A DNA stretch of 64,000 nt. Source: Spirochaetia bacterium. Its GTDB lineage: Bacteria > Spirochaetota > Spirochaetia > CADAEX01. This document shows, in pieces, positions 39,645 through 50,421 of the stretch. Position 1 is the stretch's first letter; every line of letters starts with the position of its first letter. Made by a program: the position numbers and the translations under genes. The notes below the pieces were generated by a model. The model was not told the origin of the DNA. It searched no databases and saw only the letters and a program-made list of their open reading frames with translations. The stretch is from the NCBI GenBank assembly GCA_045606105.1, contig JAZURI010000005.1, positions 1-64,000 of the forward strand, given 5' to 3'.

Positions 39645-41003
39645 ATGGAAGAATACAAAGGGAAAAAAATAACTGTAATGGGACTTGGGCTTAACGGCGG
39701 AGGGCTGGAGGCCGCAAGATTCTTTGCTTCAAAGGGGGCAGAGGTTACTGTTACGGATCTCAGGTCTGCCGAAATACTCAGACCTTCAATGGAAAAGCTT
39801 TCGGAATTCGACATAAGATATGTCCTGGGCTGCCACGATGCTGCCGATTTCGAGAATGCAGATATTGTCATCAAGAATCCGGCTGTTCCCCTGACATCTC
39901 CATACCTTGCAAAGGCAAAGAGAATCGAGACCGACATTTCCGTTTTCCTTTCCGAATTTCACGGAGATATAATCGCAGTTACAGGCTCCAAGGGAAAATC
40001 CACCACGGTTTCGGCCATTTATCATGCATGCCGAAAACTGAAAGAAAATACATTCCTTGGGGGTAACATAACAATTTCACCCCTTTCCTTCCTGCATGAG
40101 CTTACCGACAGTTCCCTTGTAATCCTGGAGCTTTCATCCTGGCAGCTTGCCGATATCATGGGAAAAAATCTGCTTCATCCAAAGGTGGCAGTAATCACCA
40201 ACATCATGCATGAGCATCAGAACCGCTACAGCTGCATGCAGGAGTATGCAGATGACAAGAAGGTCATATATCAGAGTCAGAGCCGGGATCAGTTTACTAT
40301 CTGCAGCGACGGCGACAGCTACGGACATCAGTTTTTCGATGAGACACCGGGACATCCTATCTGGATTTCCGATTCAGACAAGGGTCTAGAAGAGCAGATA
40401 TGGCTTGAAAACCGGATGGGTTATATAAAAATCAACGGGAAAAAAGAGCAGATCCTTCCCGAAAAGCTCCTTATTCCGGGTGAACATAACAGAAAGAACC
40501 TTCTTACGGCAGCGGCTGCCATGTATCTTTACGGCTTCGGCGGAACAGACATCATGGATGCACTCAGTGATTTCAGAGGAATTCCCCACAGACTTGAATT
40601 CATCAGGGAGCTTGAGGGAAGAGCCTTCTATAACGATACCACAGCCACCATTCCGCAGGCATCCAATGCTGCGGTAAAAAGCTTTGACAAACCGGTTATC
40701 CTGATTGCAGGCGGTACCGACAAGAACCTTATTTTTGATCTGGTTCCGGAAACAGCCCGGCTGGTCAAAAAGCTTGTACTTCTGAAAGGAAGCGGAACCG
40801 ACAGGATGACTGAGGAGCTGGACAAGGCCGGCTGCAGCTACGAAGGGCCGTACAACTCGCTGGAAAAGGCGGTGGATGAAGCCTATGCCGCATCGGAGAG
40901 AGGAGATATTATTCTCTTTTCACCGGGCTGTACCTCCTTCGAAATGTTCAAAAACGAATTTGACAGAGGCAATTCCTTCATAAATTATGTAAACAGATTG
41001 TGA
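39645..41003 (+). CDS. murD: UDP-MurNAc-L-Ala:D-Glu ligase
   Basis: TGSKGKSTT, ELSSWQL, PHRLE, SPGCTSF. Confidence 0.93.
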   Translation: MEEYKGKKITVMGLGLNGGGLEAARFFASKGAEVTVTDLRSAEILRPSMEKLSEFDIRYVLGCHDAADFENADIVIKNPAVPLTSPYLAKAKRIETDISVFLSEFHGDIIAVTGSKGKSTTVSAIYHACRKLKENTFLGGNITISPLSFLHELTDSSLVILELSSWQLADIMGKNLLHPKVAVITNIMHEHQNRYSCMQEYADDKKVIYQSQSRDQFTICSDGDSYGHQFFDETPGHPIWISDSDKGLEEQIWLENRMGYIKINGKKEQILPEKLLIPGEHNRKNLLTAAAAMYLYGFGGTDIMDALSDFRGIPHRLEFIRELEGRAFYNDTTATIPQASNAAVKSFDKPVILIAGGTDKNLIFDLVPETARLVKKLVLLKGSGTDRMTEELDKAGCSYEGPYNSLEKAVDEAYAASERGDIILFSPGCTSFEMFKNEFDRGNSFINYVNRL

Positions 41004-41037
41004 AGCAGAATTAGACTTTCCGGTTTATATCCAATGT

Positions 41038-42081
41038 ATGAACCGGATAATTATCATTTTTTTTCTTGCAGTTCTTATCTCCTGTACCAGATGCAGTAAC
41101 TTTCCCGAGGAACCCAGCCCCGAAACTCTCACTGTAATGTCATTCAATGCTGAAAATCTCTTTGACAGCGTTAAACAGGGAAACGAATATCCGGAATACA
41201 ATCCCGAAAACGGCAGGTGGAACGACAGGAACTATACGGACAAGCTTCTGCAGGTCGGAAGAACCATCAGGGATTCGGTACCGGAGGAAAAAGGACCTCA
41301 CATCATAGCCTTCCAGGAAATAGAGAACAAAAATGTTCTGAACGAGCTTACAAAGGGGCTCCTGAGAGAATCGGGATACAAGTATGTCATTGCCTCCGAC
41401 AACAGGGATTCTGCCGTCAATACAGGCTTTATCAGCCGTTTTCCGTGTGCATATACAAAATATCACACACCATATATTGCCCCTTACGGCAGAATGAGAA
41501 CCATTATCGAGGCAGCCTTTGATATAGGCGGACAGCAGCTCATAATATTCAACAATCACTGGAAATCGAAAATCGGGGAAGAATCTGAGCTGCAGAGAAA
41601 AGCTTCGGCCCATACGCTGATTACCAGGATAAAGGCAATCATGAAGGAGAACCCGGAAGCTGAAATCCTGATACTGGGCGACTTCAACGAAAATGCCGAC
41701 GAATACCTGCGGGACGGAAAATCGGAAACCAAAGCCATAATGACAGAGGATTCAGGGGAAGCTGACAGTTTCCTGCCGCTGGTGGTTACGGGCAACTGCA
41801 GAAACGACAACGGAAACCGGTTTTTTTCACCGTGGCTCCGGGATGGCAATACAGAGGAAGGAAGCTATTTCTATAAAAACAGATGGGAAACCATAGATAA
41901 TTTCTTTCTGGGGTCAAAGCTGACGGATGAGAAAGGATTTGTCTTTTCCGGATTCAGGACAGTCAGAACCGGCTGGAATACGGACAGGGATGAAAAACCG
42001 CTCTCCTTCAACAGGAAAACTGCCGAGGGCTGCTCGGATCACCTGCCCATATTGCTGGAGCTTGATATCAGAGATCGCTGA
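41038..42081 (+). CDS. Endonuclease/exonuclease/phosphatase family lipoprotein
   Basis: LISC lipobox, FNAENLFD, QEIEN, GDFN, SDHLP. Confidence 0.85.
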   Translation: MNRIIIIFFLAVLISCTRCSNFPEEPSPETLTVMSFNAENLFDSVKQGNEYPEYNPENGRWNDRNYTDKLLQVGRTIRDSVPEEKGPHIIAFQEIENKNVLNELTKGLLRESGYKYVIASDNRDSAVNTGFISRFPCAYTKYHTPYIAPYGRMRTIIEAAFDIGGQQLIIFNNHWKSKIGEESELQRKASAHTLITRIKAIMKENPEAEILILGDFNENADEYLRDGKSETKAIMTEDSGEADSFLPLVVTGNCRNDNGNRFFSPWLRDGNTEEGSYFYKNRWETIDNFFLGSKLTDEKGFVFSGFRTVRTGWNTDRDEKPLSFNRKTAEGCSDHLPILLELDIRDR

Positions 42082-43909
42082 CTACGTCGAGAGCAGCCTG
42101 GATATTGCCGAAAGGGGGACTTATCTGCACGCCTGAAACATAAGGTCTGATTTCAGCAAGAATTTCCCTTGCAATCATGACACCCTCTGCCTTGGCTGCC
42201 TCCTTGGATATTCCCTCTGCTTTTTCCATACGCCTGAGAATTGACTCCGGAATAGTTACACCCGGCACCTCGTTGTTCAGGAACATGGCATTTCTGTAGG
42301 AAACCAGAGGCCAAAGTCCGGCCAGCACAGGAAGTCCCGTATCCTTTATCCTTCCCAGGAACTCTATAAGATATCCGGCATCAAAAACCGGCTGTGTGAT
42401 AAAGAAATCGGCTCCGGCCTGCTGCTTCAGGAATGCTCTCTCGATTTCCCTTTCTGGTACTGCCGCTACGGGATTCACTCCGGCGCCCACCACCAGGGAT
42501 GTAGGAGAAGGAAGAGGATTGCCTCCCAGATCCACTCCGCAGTTAAGTCTTTTTGCCAATGTGATGAGACCTACGGCATCCACATCAAATACCCCGGTAA
42601 CATCAGGGTAATTACCAACCTTAGGAGGATCTCCGGTGATTACCAGGACATTCCTCATGCCTGCTGCGTGGATTCCCAGCAGCTCTGCCTGCAGTCCGAT
42701 AAGATTCTTGTCACGGCAGCATATATGGGGAATTACCTCAGCTCCGGTCTGTTTCATGACCTCGAGAGCAGTAATTGTTACCGACAGACGGGATGAAGCT
42801 CTCGGTCCGTCAGGAAAATTGAAATATACAAGCCCTTTTTCTCTGGCCTGTCTTATTTTTTCTGTTATCTTGGTAAGATCACAACCCATAGGCGGTGTCA
42901 TTTCCACGGTAGTGATCCACTCTTTTTTACTTATTGCTTTGCCAAGAAGTGACCGCTGTGCAAGAGGAAGCTCTTCCTTTTTCTCGGTTTCTTCCTTGAT
43001 CTGTTCTATCTTTCCTTTGGAAATGCCCCCAGAGAAGGAGACTGTCATGTGGGCCGCTTTCTTGATATGCTCCGGAGTGGTTCCGCAGCAACCGCCGATA
43101 ACGGCAGCACCTGCTTCAAAGAACCGGAGTGCATAGTTTCCGAAATAGGCCGGAGAGGCAAGATAAAGGTTTCTGTCCTCAATCTTTCTCGGAAGGCCGG
43201 CATTTGGCATAACTGCCACAGGCTTGTTTACCTTTCCTCTGATTGCCAGAAGGATATCAAGCATGTGCTCAGGACCTACGGCACAGTTGAAGCCGATAAC
43301 ATCAATCCTTTCGTCGGCACAAAGCAGGTCTGCCGCATTAATGGCTTCTCCGCCGTACTCCTCCTGATTCAGAGGCCCCAGCGCCACCTGAGCCTGGATT
43401 GGAATTTCCGATGAGATTTTTACCGCAGCCTCCACTGCAAGGGAAAGCTCCTCCATATCCCTGAAGGTTTCAAAAACAAGAAGATCCACCCCCTCCTCAA
43501 CCAGAGGTCTGATCTGCGCCTCAAAGGCTTCAACGGCCTCGGCACGGCTCACCTTTCCCATCGGGGCAATCCTTACCCCAAGCGGTCCTACGGAACCGGC
43601 AACATAGACATCGTCTCCTGCCGCCGCTTTGGCTATCCTGGCTGCCGCCCTGTTTATGGCATCGGTCTTTTCTTCTATCTGATATGTTTTAAGCTTGATG
43701 GGGTTTGCCCCGAAGCTGTTGGTCTCGATTACATGTGCACCGGCCGTGATATAGCTTCTGTGTATTTTTTCCACAAGTGCCGGATCTGTCAGACAAACTT
43801 CTTCGAAACATGTTGAAATCTGGATTCCGTTTGAATAAAGCTCTGTCCCCATTGCGCCGTCAAAGATAACTATCCCCTCTCTGACCCGCTCAAGATAATT
43901 CTTTTTCAT
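42068..43909 (-). CDS. Bifunctional homocysteine S-methyltransferase / methylenetetrahydrofolate reductase (YitJ-like)
   Basis: DGAMGT, GGCCGTTP, ITGDPPK, TQPVFD. Confidence 0.9.
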   Translation of the reverse strand: MKKNYLERVREGIVIFDGAMGTELYSNGIQISTCFEEVCLTDPALVEKIHRSYITAGAHVIETNSFGANPIKLKTYQIEEKTDAINRAAARIAKAAAGDDVYVAGSVGPLGVRIAPMGKVSRAEAVEAFEAQIRPLVEEGVDLLVFETFRDMEELSLAVEAAVKISSEIPIQAQVALGPLNQEEYGGEAINAADLLCADERIDVIGFNCAVGPEHMLDILLAIRGKVNKPVAVMPNAGLPRKIEDRNLYLASPAYFGNYALRFFEAGAAVIGGCCGTTPEHIKKAAHMTVSFSGGISKGKIEQIKEETEKKEELPLAQRSLLGKAISKKEWITTVEMTPPMGCDLTKITEKIRQAREKGLVYFNFPDGPRASSRLSVTITALEVMKQTGAEVIPHICCRDKNLIGLQAELLGIHAAGMRNVLVITGDPPKVGNYPDVTGVFDVDAVGLITLAKRLNCGVDLGGNPLPSPTSLVVGAGVNPVAAVPEREIERAFLKQQAGADFFITQPVFDAGYLIEFLGRIKDTGLPVLAGLWPLVSYRNAMFLNNEVPGVTIPESILRRMEKAEGISKEAAKAEGVMIAREILAEIRPYVSGVQISPPFGNIQAALDVVSDL

Positions 43910-44646
43910 ACTTCCTCGGTTTTCTGATATCTGGAAATTACTGCGGCAAGATCAAATTTCTTTTCATAGAAGCCCTTTCCCGTAATGATTCCTCCTATTT
44001 TTCCCCTGCATCTGATATCTGAGGCTATGTTTCTGAAATCCTCTTCGCAGCTGATTCCCCCCGAAACGGTAACAGGAAGTCCTGAAGCCTCCGCTATGGC
44101 AAGAGTTCGCTCCAGATCGGGACCCGAAAGTGTTCCGTCCCTTACAATATTGGTATAGATGATTGAGCAGATACCGTTTTCTGCCGCAGCTCTGGCCAGG
44201 TCGGTATCAACGATTCCGCCCCCCTGCTGCCAGCCGGCAACCTTTACCTCTCCGTTGAGGGCATCGATTCCTGCAATGAATTTAGGGCCGAACTTTTCTG
44301 TCCATACAGCGGCACAGGTGGGATCCTTTGCAAAGACGGTTCCCAGGATAAGGTAATCTATCCCTATATCCGAAAGCTCACTGATATCAGAATCGGAACG
44401 GATACCGCCTCCCAGTTCCAATACGGCATCCACCTCTTTTCTGATAGATGAGATAACGTCCCTGTTGTTTTTTCCCCCTCTGGCTGCATCGAGATCCACA
44501 AGATGGATTCTCTCGGCACCTGCCTCCACAAAGCTTTTTGCCACAGCAACGGGATCGTCGCTGTAGACTGTGACCTTTTCATAATCACCCTTATAGAGTC
44601 TTACACATTTTCCCCCAAGAAGGTCGATTGCCGGTATTATAAGCAT
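43906..44646 (-). CDS. hisA: ProFAR isomerase
   Basis: PAIDL, HLVDLD, GGGIRS, RDGTLSG. Confidence 0.93.
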   Translation of the reverse strand: MLIIPAIDLLGGKCVRLYKGDYEKVTVYSDDPVAVAKSFVEAGAERIHLVDLDAARGGKNNRDVISSIRKEVDAVLELGGGIRSDSDISELSDIGIDYLILGTVFAKDPTCAAVWTEKFGPKFIAGIDALNGEVKVAGWQQGGGIVDTDLARAAAENGICSIIYTNIVRDGTLSGPDLERTLAIAEASGLPVTVSGGISCEEDFRNIASDIRCRGKIGGIITGKGFYEKKFDLAAVISRYQKTEEV

Positions 44647-46349
44647 CAGTTTCCTACTTTATAGCGCTTGATTTTCTTTGTGGAAGATTCCTCAAAAGGC
44701 TTATCCACGGCACGTACGCGTGTAATTTTCATATAGTTCTGGAGCATCTTATTCACGTTGCTGACAATTTCCTCAAGCTTTTTCTGGATAAGCTCAGGAT
44801 CGTTGGTCTTGCGGAGATCCTCTGACGGATAGATAAGGGCTTCGATTTCTTCGCCGTCCTGATGCTTTCCGTTTTCGTTTATATAGCCTCTGACCAGAAT
44901 CTGCTCGATTTCAGGATAGAGCTGGAATCTGTCTTCGATTTCTTCAGGGAAAACATTCTTTCCGCCGGCAGTAACAATGATATTTTTCTTGCGGCCTGTA
45001 AGGTAAAGATAGTTCTCCTTGTCCACATATCCCATGTCTCCGGTGTAGAAGAAGCCCTGGTTGTCCATTACTTCGTCGGTTGCAGCCTGGTTCTTGTAAT
45101 AACCCTGCATAACCACAGGTCCCTTGAATGCGATTTCTCCCCTGCCGTCCTTGTCGGGAGCCACGATCTTCACCTGAATGTCAGGAAGCACCTTTCCTAC
45201 AGACTTGATCTTGAAGCGGTAGATAGGGTTGAGGGCAACGATAGGTGATGTCTCTGTAAGCCCGTATCCCTGTACAAAGTCCAGACCCAGCTGGTTGTAC
45301 ATCTTGAATGTGCTCGGTGGAAGAGGTCCGCCGCCGCTGATACAGATTCTGTTGTCGAGAAGAGATACCTTTTCCAGGATAAGCTTTCCGAAGAGTTTCT
45401 TTCCGATCTTGATTCCGAAACAGCTCTTGAGGAATCCGCTGATGGCCATAAGAGTCTTTACGATTCCGTATGTGACGATTCCCTTGGCACGAACCCCTTT
45501 CATGATCTGAGCCAGGAGCTTGTTGAAAAGCATAGGAACACCGAGGAATATGGTAACCTTTCCGTCCCTGAGATCTGCAAGCATTTCCTTGATAACCAGA
45601 CGCTTTGCGAAAACTACCTCGGCACTCTGGGCAAGACCTACGATGATAACAGCCTGCATTGTGTATGCGTGGTGTACCGGAAGAAGGGCATAGAATACGT
45701 CTGTATGATAGATCTGCATGTGCATCTGTGCCAGGAAACAGTCGTTGATAAGGTTGTAATGTGAAAGCATGACCCCTTTAGGTGTGCCTGTTGTTCCCGA
45801 TGTATAAAGGATGGCTGCTGTTTCATGAACATCTACCTTTACCGGCTTTTCCAGAGGTGTATCTTTGAGAGCAAGCACATAGTCAGGATTTTTGTCTGTA
45901 AGAGAATATACAGGAGTGCCTTCAGGAAGGCTTTTTGCCAGATCACTGTATTTTTCTTCATCCAGGATAGCTGCCGCAGGTTCGCTGAAATTGATAAGGT
46001 TCTTCAGTTCCTCGACATGAAGTGAATAATCAAGAGGAACAATGATGGCTCCGGCAGTTGCAATGGCATAGTAACCTACTGCCCATTCAGGGGAGTTCTT
46101 TCCAGTGAGAATAACATGATCCCCTTTCTTTACCCCTTTTGCCACAAGTGATGCCGCAAGAGTAAGAATCTTTTCCCTTGTCTCCCTGAAAGACATATTG
46201 AAAAGAACCGGATTATAAGTAGACAGACACTTCTTGTCAGGATATCTGGCTGCCGCAATCTGGAACATTTCGGCAAGTGTTGGAACTTCACCGTCAAAAA
46301 GCTTTCCCTTAAACTCTTCCAGAAACTGAAATGTTCTGTGTTTATACAT
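44646..46349 (-). CDS. Long-chain acyl-CoA synthetase
   Basis: YTSGTTGTPKG, QGYGLTE, TGD, GRKKN. Confidence 0.9.
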   Translation of the reverse strand: MYKHRTFQFLEEFKGKLFDGEVPTLAEMFQIAAARYPDKKCLSTYNPVLFNMSFRETREKILTLAASLVAKGVKKGDHVILTGKNSPEWAVGYYAIATAGAIIVPLDYSLHVEELKNLINFSEPAAAILDEEKYSDLAKSLPEGTPVYSLTDKNPDYVLALKDTPLEKPVKVDVHETAAILYTSGTTGTPKGVMLSHYNLINDCFLAQMHMQIYHTDVFYALLPVHHAYTMQAVIIVGLAQSAEVVFAKRLVIKEMLADLRDGKVTIFLGVPMLFNKLLAQIMKGVRAKGIVTYGIVKTLMAISGFLKSCFGIKIGKKLFGKLILEKVSLLDNRICISGGGPLPPSTFKMYNQLGLDFVQGYGLTETSPIVALNPIYRFKIKSVGKVLPDIQVKIVAPDKDGRGEIAFKGPVVMQGYYKNQAATDEVMDNQGFFYTGDMGYVDKENYLYLTGRKKNIIVTAGGKNVFPEEIEDRFQLYPEIEQILVRGYINENGKHQDGEEIEALIYPSEDLRKTNDPELIQKKLEEIVSNVNKMLQNYMKITRVRAVDKPFEESSTKKIKRYKVGN

Positions 46350-46426
46350 TAAATACTCCTATATTCTTAACATTTTATGTTATACTGAATAAAATAGCAA
46401 GGATATTATATCATAAAAGAGCCGGA

Positions 46427-47662
46427 ATGACAAACATACATTTTTCTGAAACATTAATCATCGGCGGGGGACCTGCAGGTCTCTTCTGTGCCCTCCGTCT
46501 TGCCGAGGCCGGTATTCCGGTGCGGCTGCTTGACCGGATGGAAAAACCGGGAAAAAAATTTGTCCTGGCCGGTCTTTCGGGAGGTCTGAATATCACAAAC
46601 AGCGCCGCTCCCGGAGTATTTGAAAAAAAATATTTTGAAAACAGCTCTCTGTTCAGGTCTCTTCTTGCAGGCTTTTCTCCGGAGGATACGATACATTGGT
46701 ACAGAGAAATGGGCTCCGGCTCCTTCCGGGGAAACGGGGGAAAGATTTTTGCGGATAAGCCGGCCCATGAAATTCTGGATAACTGGCTCAGAAGGCTGGA
46801 GCACACCGGCCTGTACAGTTTTTCCGGAGGATACGAATTTACCGGATTTGATATGGTTGACGGCAAACCGGTTCTCCTTTTCAGGCATAACGGAAAAACA
46901 GAATGTATCGGATATGATACTGCAGTTTTTGCCTTGGGAGGGGGCAGCAGAAGCAGGACAGGCTCCGACGGCAGCTGGCAGAAACCCTTTTCCGATGCGG
47001 GAATCAATGTAAAACCTCTGTCGCCGGCAAACTGCGGGGTCTGTGTCTCATGGTCTGAAATCTTCAGGGAAAAAATCAGGGAGACAAAGGAGAGTGCGGA
47101 AATAATTTTCAGCACCGGAGATACACGCTCCGAGGGAGAGGCCGTGTTTACGGAATACGGAATCGAAGGGAGCGGAATCTATTCTCTCATACACAGGATA
47201 CGGGAAGAGCTGGGGACAAAAGGAAGCTGTACCGTTACTGCCGATATTCTTCCGGGGCTGTCGGATGATAAAATAAGAGAACGTCTTTCACGGCCGCGGG
47301 GGAAGAGTTCCCTCTCCAATTACCTAAGAAAAAATCTCCGTCTTTCGGGAATAAAATATATGCTGCTGAGAGAACTGGTTCCGGCGGAGAAGCTTTCGGC
47401 TCCGGAAACCGATCCTTCCGTTTTCAGGAATCTTGAAATAAGGATTGACGGTTTCAGACCGCTGGAGGAGGCCATTTCCTCTGCCGGTGGGGTAGCCTTT
47501 GAGGAGCTGGATGAAAATCTCATGCTCCGAAAGCTTCCGGGTGTTCATGTAATAGGAGAAATGGCCGACTGGGAGGCTCCTACCGGTGGATATCTGCTTC
47601 AGGGCTGCTTTTCCATGGCACACCATGTATCCCGATTCATCATAATGAAATGTAAGACTTAA
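46427..47662 (+). CDS. HI0933/BaiN-like flavoprotein
   Basis: GGGPAGL, EAISSAGGV, GEMADWEAPTGGYLLQ. Confidence 0.88.
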   Translation: MTNIHFSETLIIGGGPAGLFCALRLAEAGIPVRLLDRMEKPGKKFVLAGLSGGLNITNSAAPGVFEKKYFENSSLFRSLLAGFSPEDTIHWYREMGSGSFRGNGGKIFADKPAHEILDNWLRRLEHTGLYSFSGGYEFTGFDMVDGKPVLLFRHNGKTECIGYDTAVFALGGGSRSRTGSDGSWQKPFSDAGINVKPLSPANCGVCVSWSEIFREKIRETKESAEIIFSTGDTRSEGEAVFTEYGIEGSGIYSLIHRIREELGTKGSCTVTADILPGLSDDKIRERLSRPRGKSSLSNYLRKNLRLSGIKYMLLRELVPAEKLSAPETDPSVFRNLEIRIDGFRPLEEAISSAGGVAFEELDENLMLRKLPGVHVIGEMADWEAPTGGYLLQGCFSMAHHVSRFIIMKCKT

Positions 47663-47694
47663 CTTTTTTTAAAAACACTAGTATATTTTTATCA

Positions 47695-48867
47695 ATGAAG
47701 GTATTCGGAATCTTTTTTCTTATCCTTTTCCTATCTGTCTCTTTAGTCCATGCCGGAGAACAGGAGCCGGAGGTATATATCATTACCGTTCTTCCGGGAG
47801 ATCCTATCCATACAGCCTTCGGTCATTCTGCCATAAGAATCGACAACAGGATTTACAATTACGGAACCTTCAGCTTTCATGAACCCGGCTTCCTTGCCAA
47901 TTTTGTCAAGGGAAAGATGCAGTACTATCTCGGAGTCAGCAGATATGACCGGGAGCTGGTGCGCTACATTCACAGGGAAAACCGTTCAATCTACGAGCAG
48001 AGGCTGGATCTGACCGCCGAGGAAATAGCAGAGCTGAAAAAATTTCTCAAAAACAATGCAAAAAAGGAAAACCGGCATTACGACTATGAATTCATTAAGG
48101 ATAACTGCTCCTCAAGAATCAGGGATGTCCTGAATAATGTCCTGGGAGACGGGATTGAGTTTGACAGCGGGATTACCGAACAGATATGCGATAAAAGCTA
48201 CAGGGATTACATAAGGAGTTATCTGGGAAACCATCCCTGGTTTGATACCGGAATACAGTTTACTCTGGGAATGGTGGCCGACAGAAAGGTTTCCCCTGAG
48301 GATGCCTTCTTTCTTCCGGAGCTTGTACAGGCCCAGTTTGAAGGCTGCAGCCGGATTGCAGATTCAGGATTTACATACGAGGCTGTAATTCCGCCCGGTC
48401 TCGTGAAGGAAAATGTTCCCGACTATCCGTTTATCCTTTTTTCACTGCTTGCGGCGGTAGAAATACTGCTGATTGTCTTTTCGTTTTTCAGGAAAGGCTT
48501 CGGAAGGGTGCTCCGGATTTATGAGGGAACTGCAGTTTTTGTCAATTTCCTTGCGGGACTGCTGATTTTTTATCTGATGTTCTTCTCTGCCCATTTTGCA
48601 GTAAAGGGCAATATGCATATCCTGTGGCTTTCGCCGATAAGCCTGATTCTTCTGGTGCTGATGATTTCAGGAAACTTCAGGATGGCAAAGGTTGTTGCCG
48701 TGCTTCAGATTGTCTCTGCGGTGACCTCCGCCGCGATTTTCTCCATAGGACTGCAGGAAACCTGCCGGGCTTTTTACCCGGCGGTAATACTCTATCTTAT
48801 AATCTATGTCAGAACCTTATTTGCCGGAGCTGAAATCAAGATAGTAAGTAAAACTTCCGATTCCTGA
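47695..48867 (+). CDS. DUF4105 (Lnb-like) membrane protein
   Basis: FGHSAIR, YNYGTF, DNCS, C-terminal TM bundle. Confidence 0.75.
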   Translation: MKVFGIFFLILFLSVSLVHAGEQEPEVYIITVLPGDPIHTAFGHSAIRIDNRIYNYGTFSFHEPGFLANFVKGKMQYYLGVSRYDRELVRYIHRENRSIYEQRLDLTAEEIAELKKFLKNNAKKENRHYDYEFIKDNCSSRIRDVLNNVLGDGIEFDSGITEQICDKSYRDYIRSYLGNHPWFDTGIQFTLGMVADRKVSPEDAFFLPELVQAQFEGCSRIADSGFTYEAVIPPGLVKENVPDYPFILFSLLAAVEILLIVFSFFRKGFGRVLRIYEGTAVFVNFLAGLLIFYLMFFSAHFAVKGNMHILWLSPISLILLVLMISGNFRMAKVVAVLQIVSAVTSAAIFSIGLQETCRAFYPAVILYLIIYVRTLFAGAEIKIVSKTSDS

Positions 48868-50421
48868 CTCCTCATCAAAGGTTATGTTATCAATGACAAC
48901 TCCTGAAATTCCGGTTTTTGATTCAAGACTGTAGCTTGTGTAATAATTGGTATTTGCCACAAAAGTGTTAACAGACCTGCCGCCGGAAAGGGAACAGGAG
49001 GCAAACAGCATGGCCGCCGCAGCCACGGTCAGGAACAGGGATTGTATTCTTCCTTTTCTCCTGAACAGGCTTACTGCCATAAGCATAAGACTTCCGGCAA
49101 AAACATATACCAGAGAAGAGGGACCGATCCCGGTTCTTGTGGTTTCCCTGAACAACATCTGAGGGTTTGGGATTTTTTTCCACAGTGAACCCCAGCTTCC
49201 TGTATAGTCAAAGGCAGGTTCATATACTCCGGAGCAGGCCTCCAGCACATCGACTCCGTGGATTTTATCGCTTCCGGCATTGACCCGGTTCATTGACGGC
49301 AGCATGACATATCTTCCCTCAAATATCTGTGTAATCAACAGACCGCTTTCGGGAACATACATTCCGGTATTGTCAGCCTTGCGTTTCTTTCCCTCCAGAA
49401 TCAGATACTGGCTGCCGTTATCTGTCAGGTCAATCCTGTAGGCTTCATATAAAGGGTCCTCTATATCGCTGCGGAAGGTTACGGTCTGAGGGGTACTTGT
49501 CGGCTCCAGAAGAACAGGTGTAAGCCACCCCAGCTTGTATCTTTCTACGGCAAGAAAAGGAGCGGGATCACATTCCATACGGTGGCTGCCATAAACGCCG
49601 CTTCCCATGATGCTCCAGTTTCCTACACCCCATGTCTCATAGTCAACATCATAAGTATCGGGAAGCCCCAGAACATGGCCGAACTCATGGCAGGCTGTAC
49701 CTATTGTGGATTCATCGTTTTTAGGCGTATTCTCTGATTGGATTGTGTATTCGTTGAAGTTATGATATGTAGTACCGGAAATCGGCTCATTTATAGAGGC
49801 AAGTGCATTTTTGAGATTCCATTGATGAGCCCATATTTCGTTCTCGTTTCCGGAGGTTTCCTCGCCGTAACCGGCAAAAAATATCAGGAGCACATCCACA
49901 CCGTCGGTTCCGTCACTGTCAAACTTGTTGAAATAGGCAGCCCCTTTCTCTGTCACCATGTCATCAACAGTCTTCTTTACAAGATACCCTATATTTGTAT
50001 CGATACCACCATCCTCATTGGCTCCGTAATAATCAATCTCCTCAGGCATTGTATAAGGGCCGAATATTTCAAATTCGAGATTAAGGGTGCCGTTGGACAT
50101 GATGTCGTAATAGCCGGTCATTGTCAGACTTGCGGTATCAGACTGAAGCATCTTCTTGTAATAATCCTTGTCATGCTCGGCCTTGAAGTGTCTGTAGCGA
50201 AAATCAACCAGAACCACAGGAATATATTTGGTTCCGGATGAGGATACCTTGAAATTCCGGCTGTCTGTCGGGGCCGAACCGCTCAGAAACGGGGATTTTT
50301 TCGGTTTTGACATGTCGTAGGACTTGAGACTTCCGTCTATTCCCTCGTAATTAATAGGAGGCTTTGCGAACAGAGCTGTAGTCAAGGTCAGCAGAAAAAG
50401 TACGGCGATAAATCTTTTCAT
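48817..50421 (-). CDS. M6 family metalloprotease
   Basis: Signal peptide, HEFGHVLGLPDTYD, WSIMGSG Met-turn. Confidence 0.85.
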   Translation of the reverse strand: MKRFIAVLFLLTLTTALFAKPPINYEGIDGSLKSYDMSKPKKSPFLSGSAPTDSRNFKVSSSGTKYIPVVLVDFRYRHFKAEHDKDYYKKMLQSDTASLTMTGYYDIMSNGTLNLEFEIFGPYTMPEEIDYYGANEDGGIDTNIGYLVKKTVDDMVTEKGAAYFNKFDSDGTDGVDVLLIFFAGYGEETSGNENEIWAHQWNLKNALASINEPISGTTYHNFNEYTIQSENTPKNDESTIGTACHEFGHVLGLPDTYDVDYETWGVGNWSIMGSGVYGSHRMECDPAPFLAVERYKLGWLTPVLLEPTSTPQTVTFRSDIEDPLYEAYRIDLTDNGSQYLILEGKKRKADNTGMYVPESGLLITQIFEGRYVMLPSMNRVNAGSDKIHGVDVLEACSGVYEPAFDYTGSWGSLWKKIPNPQMLFRETTRTGIGPSSLVYVFAGSLMLMAVSLFRRKGRIQSLFLTVAAAAMLFASCSLSGGRSVNTFVANTNYYTSYSLESKTGISGVVIDNITFDEESGIGSFTYYLDFSSGK

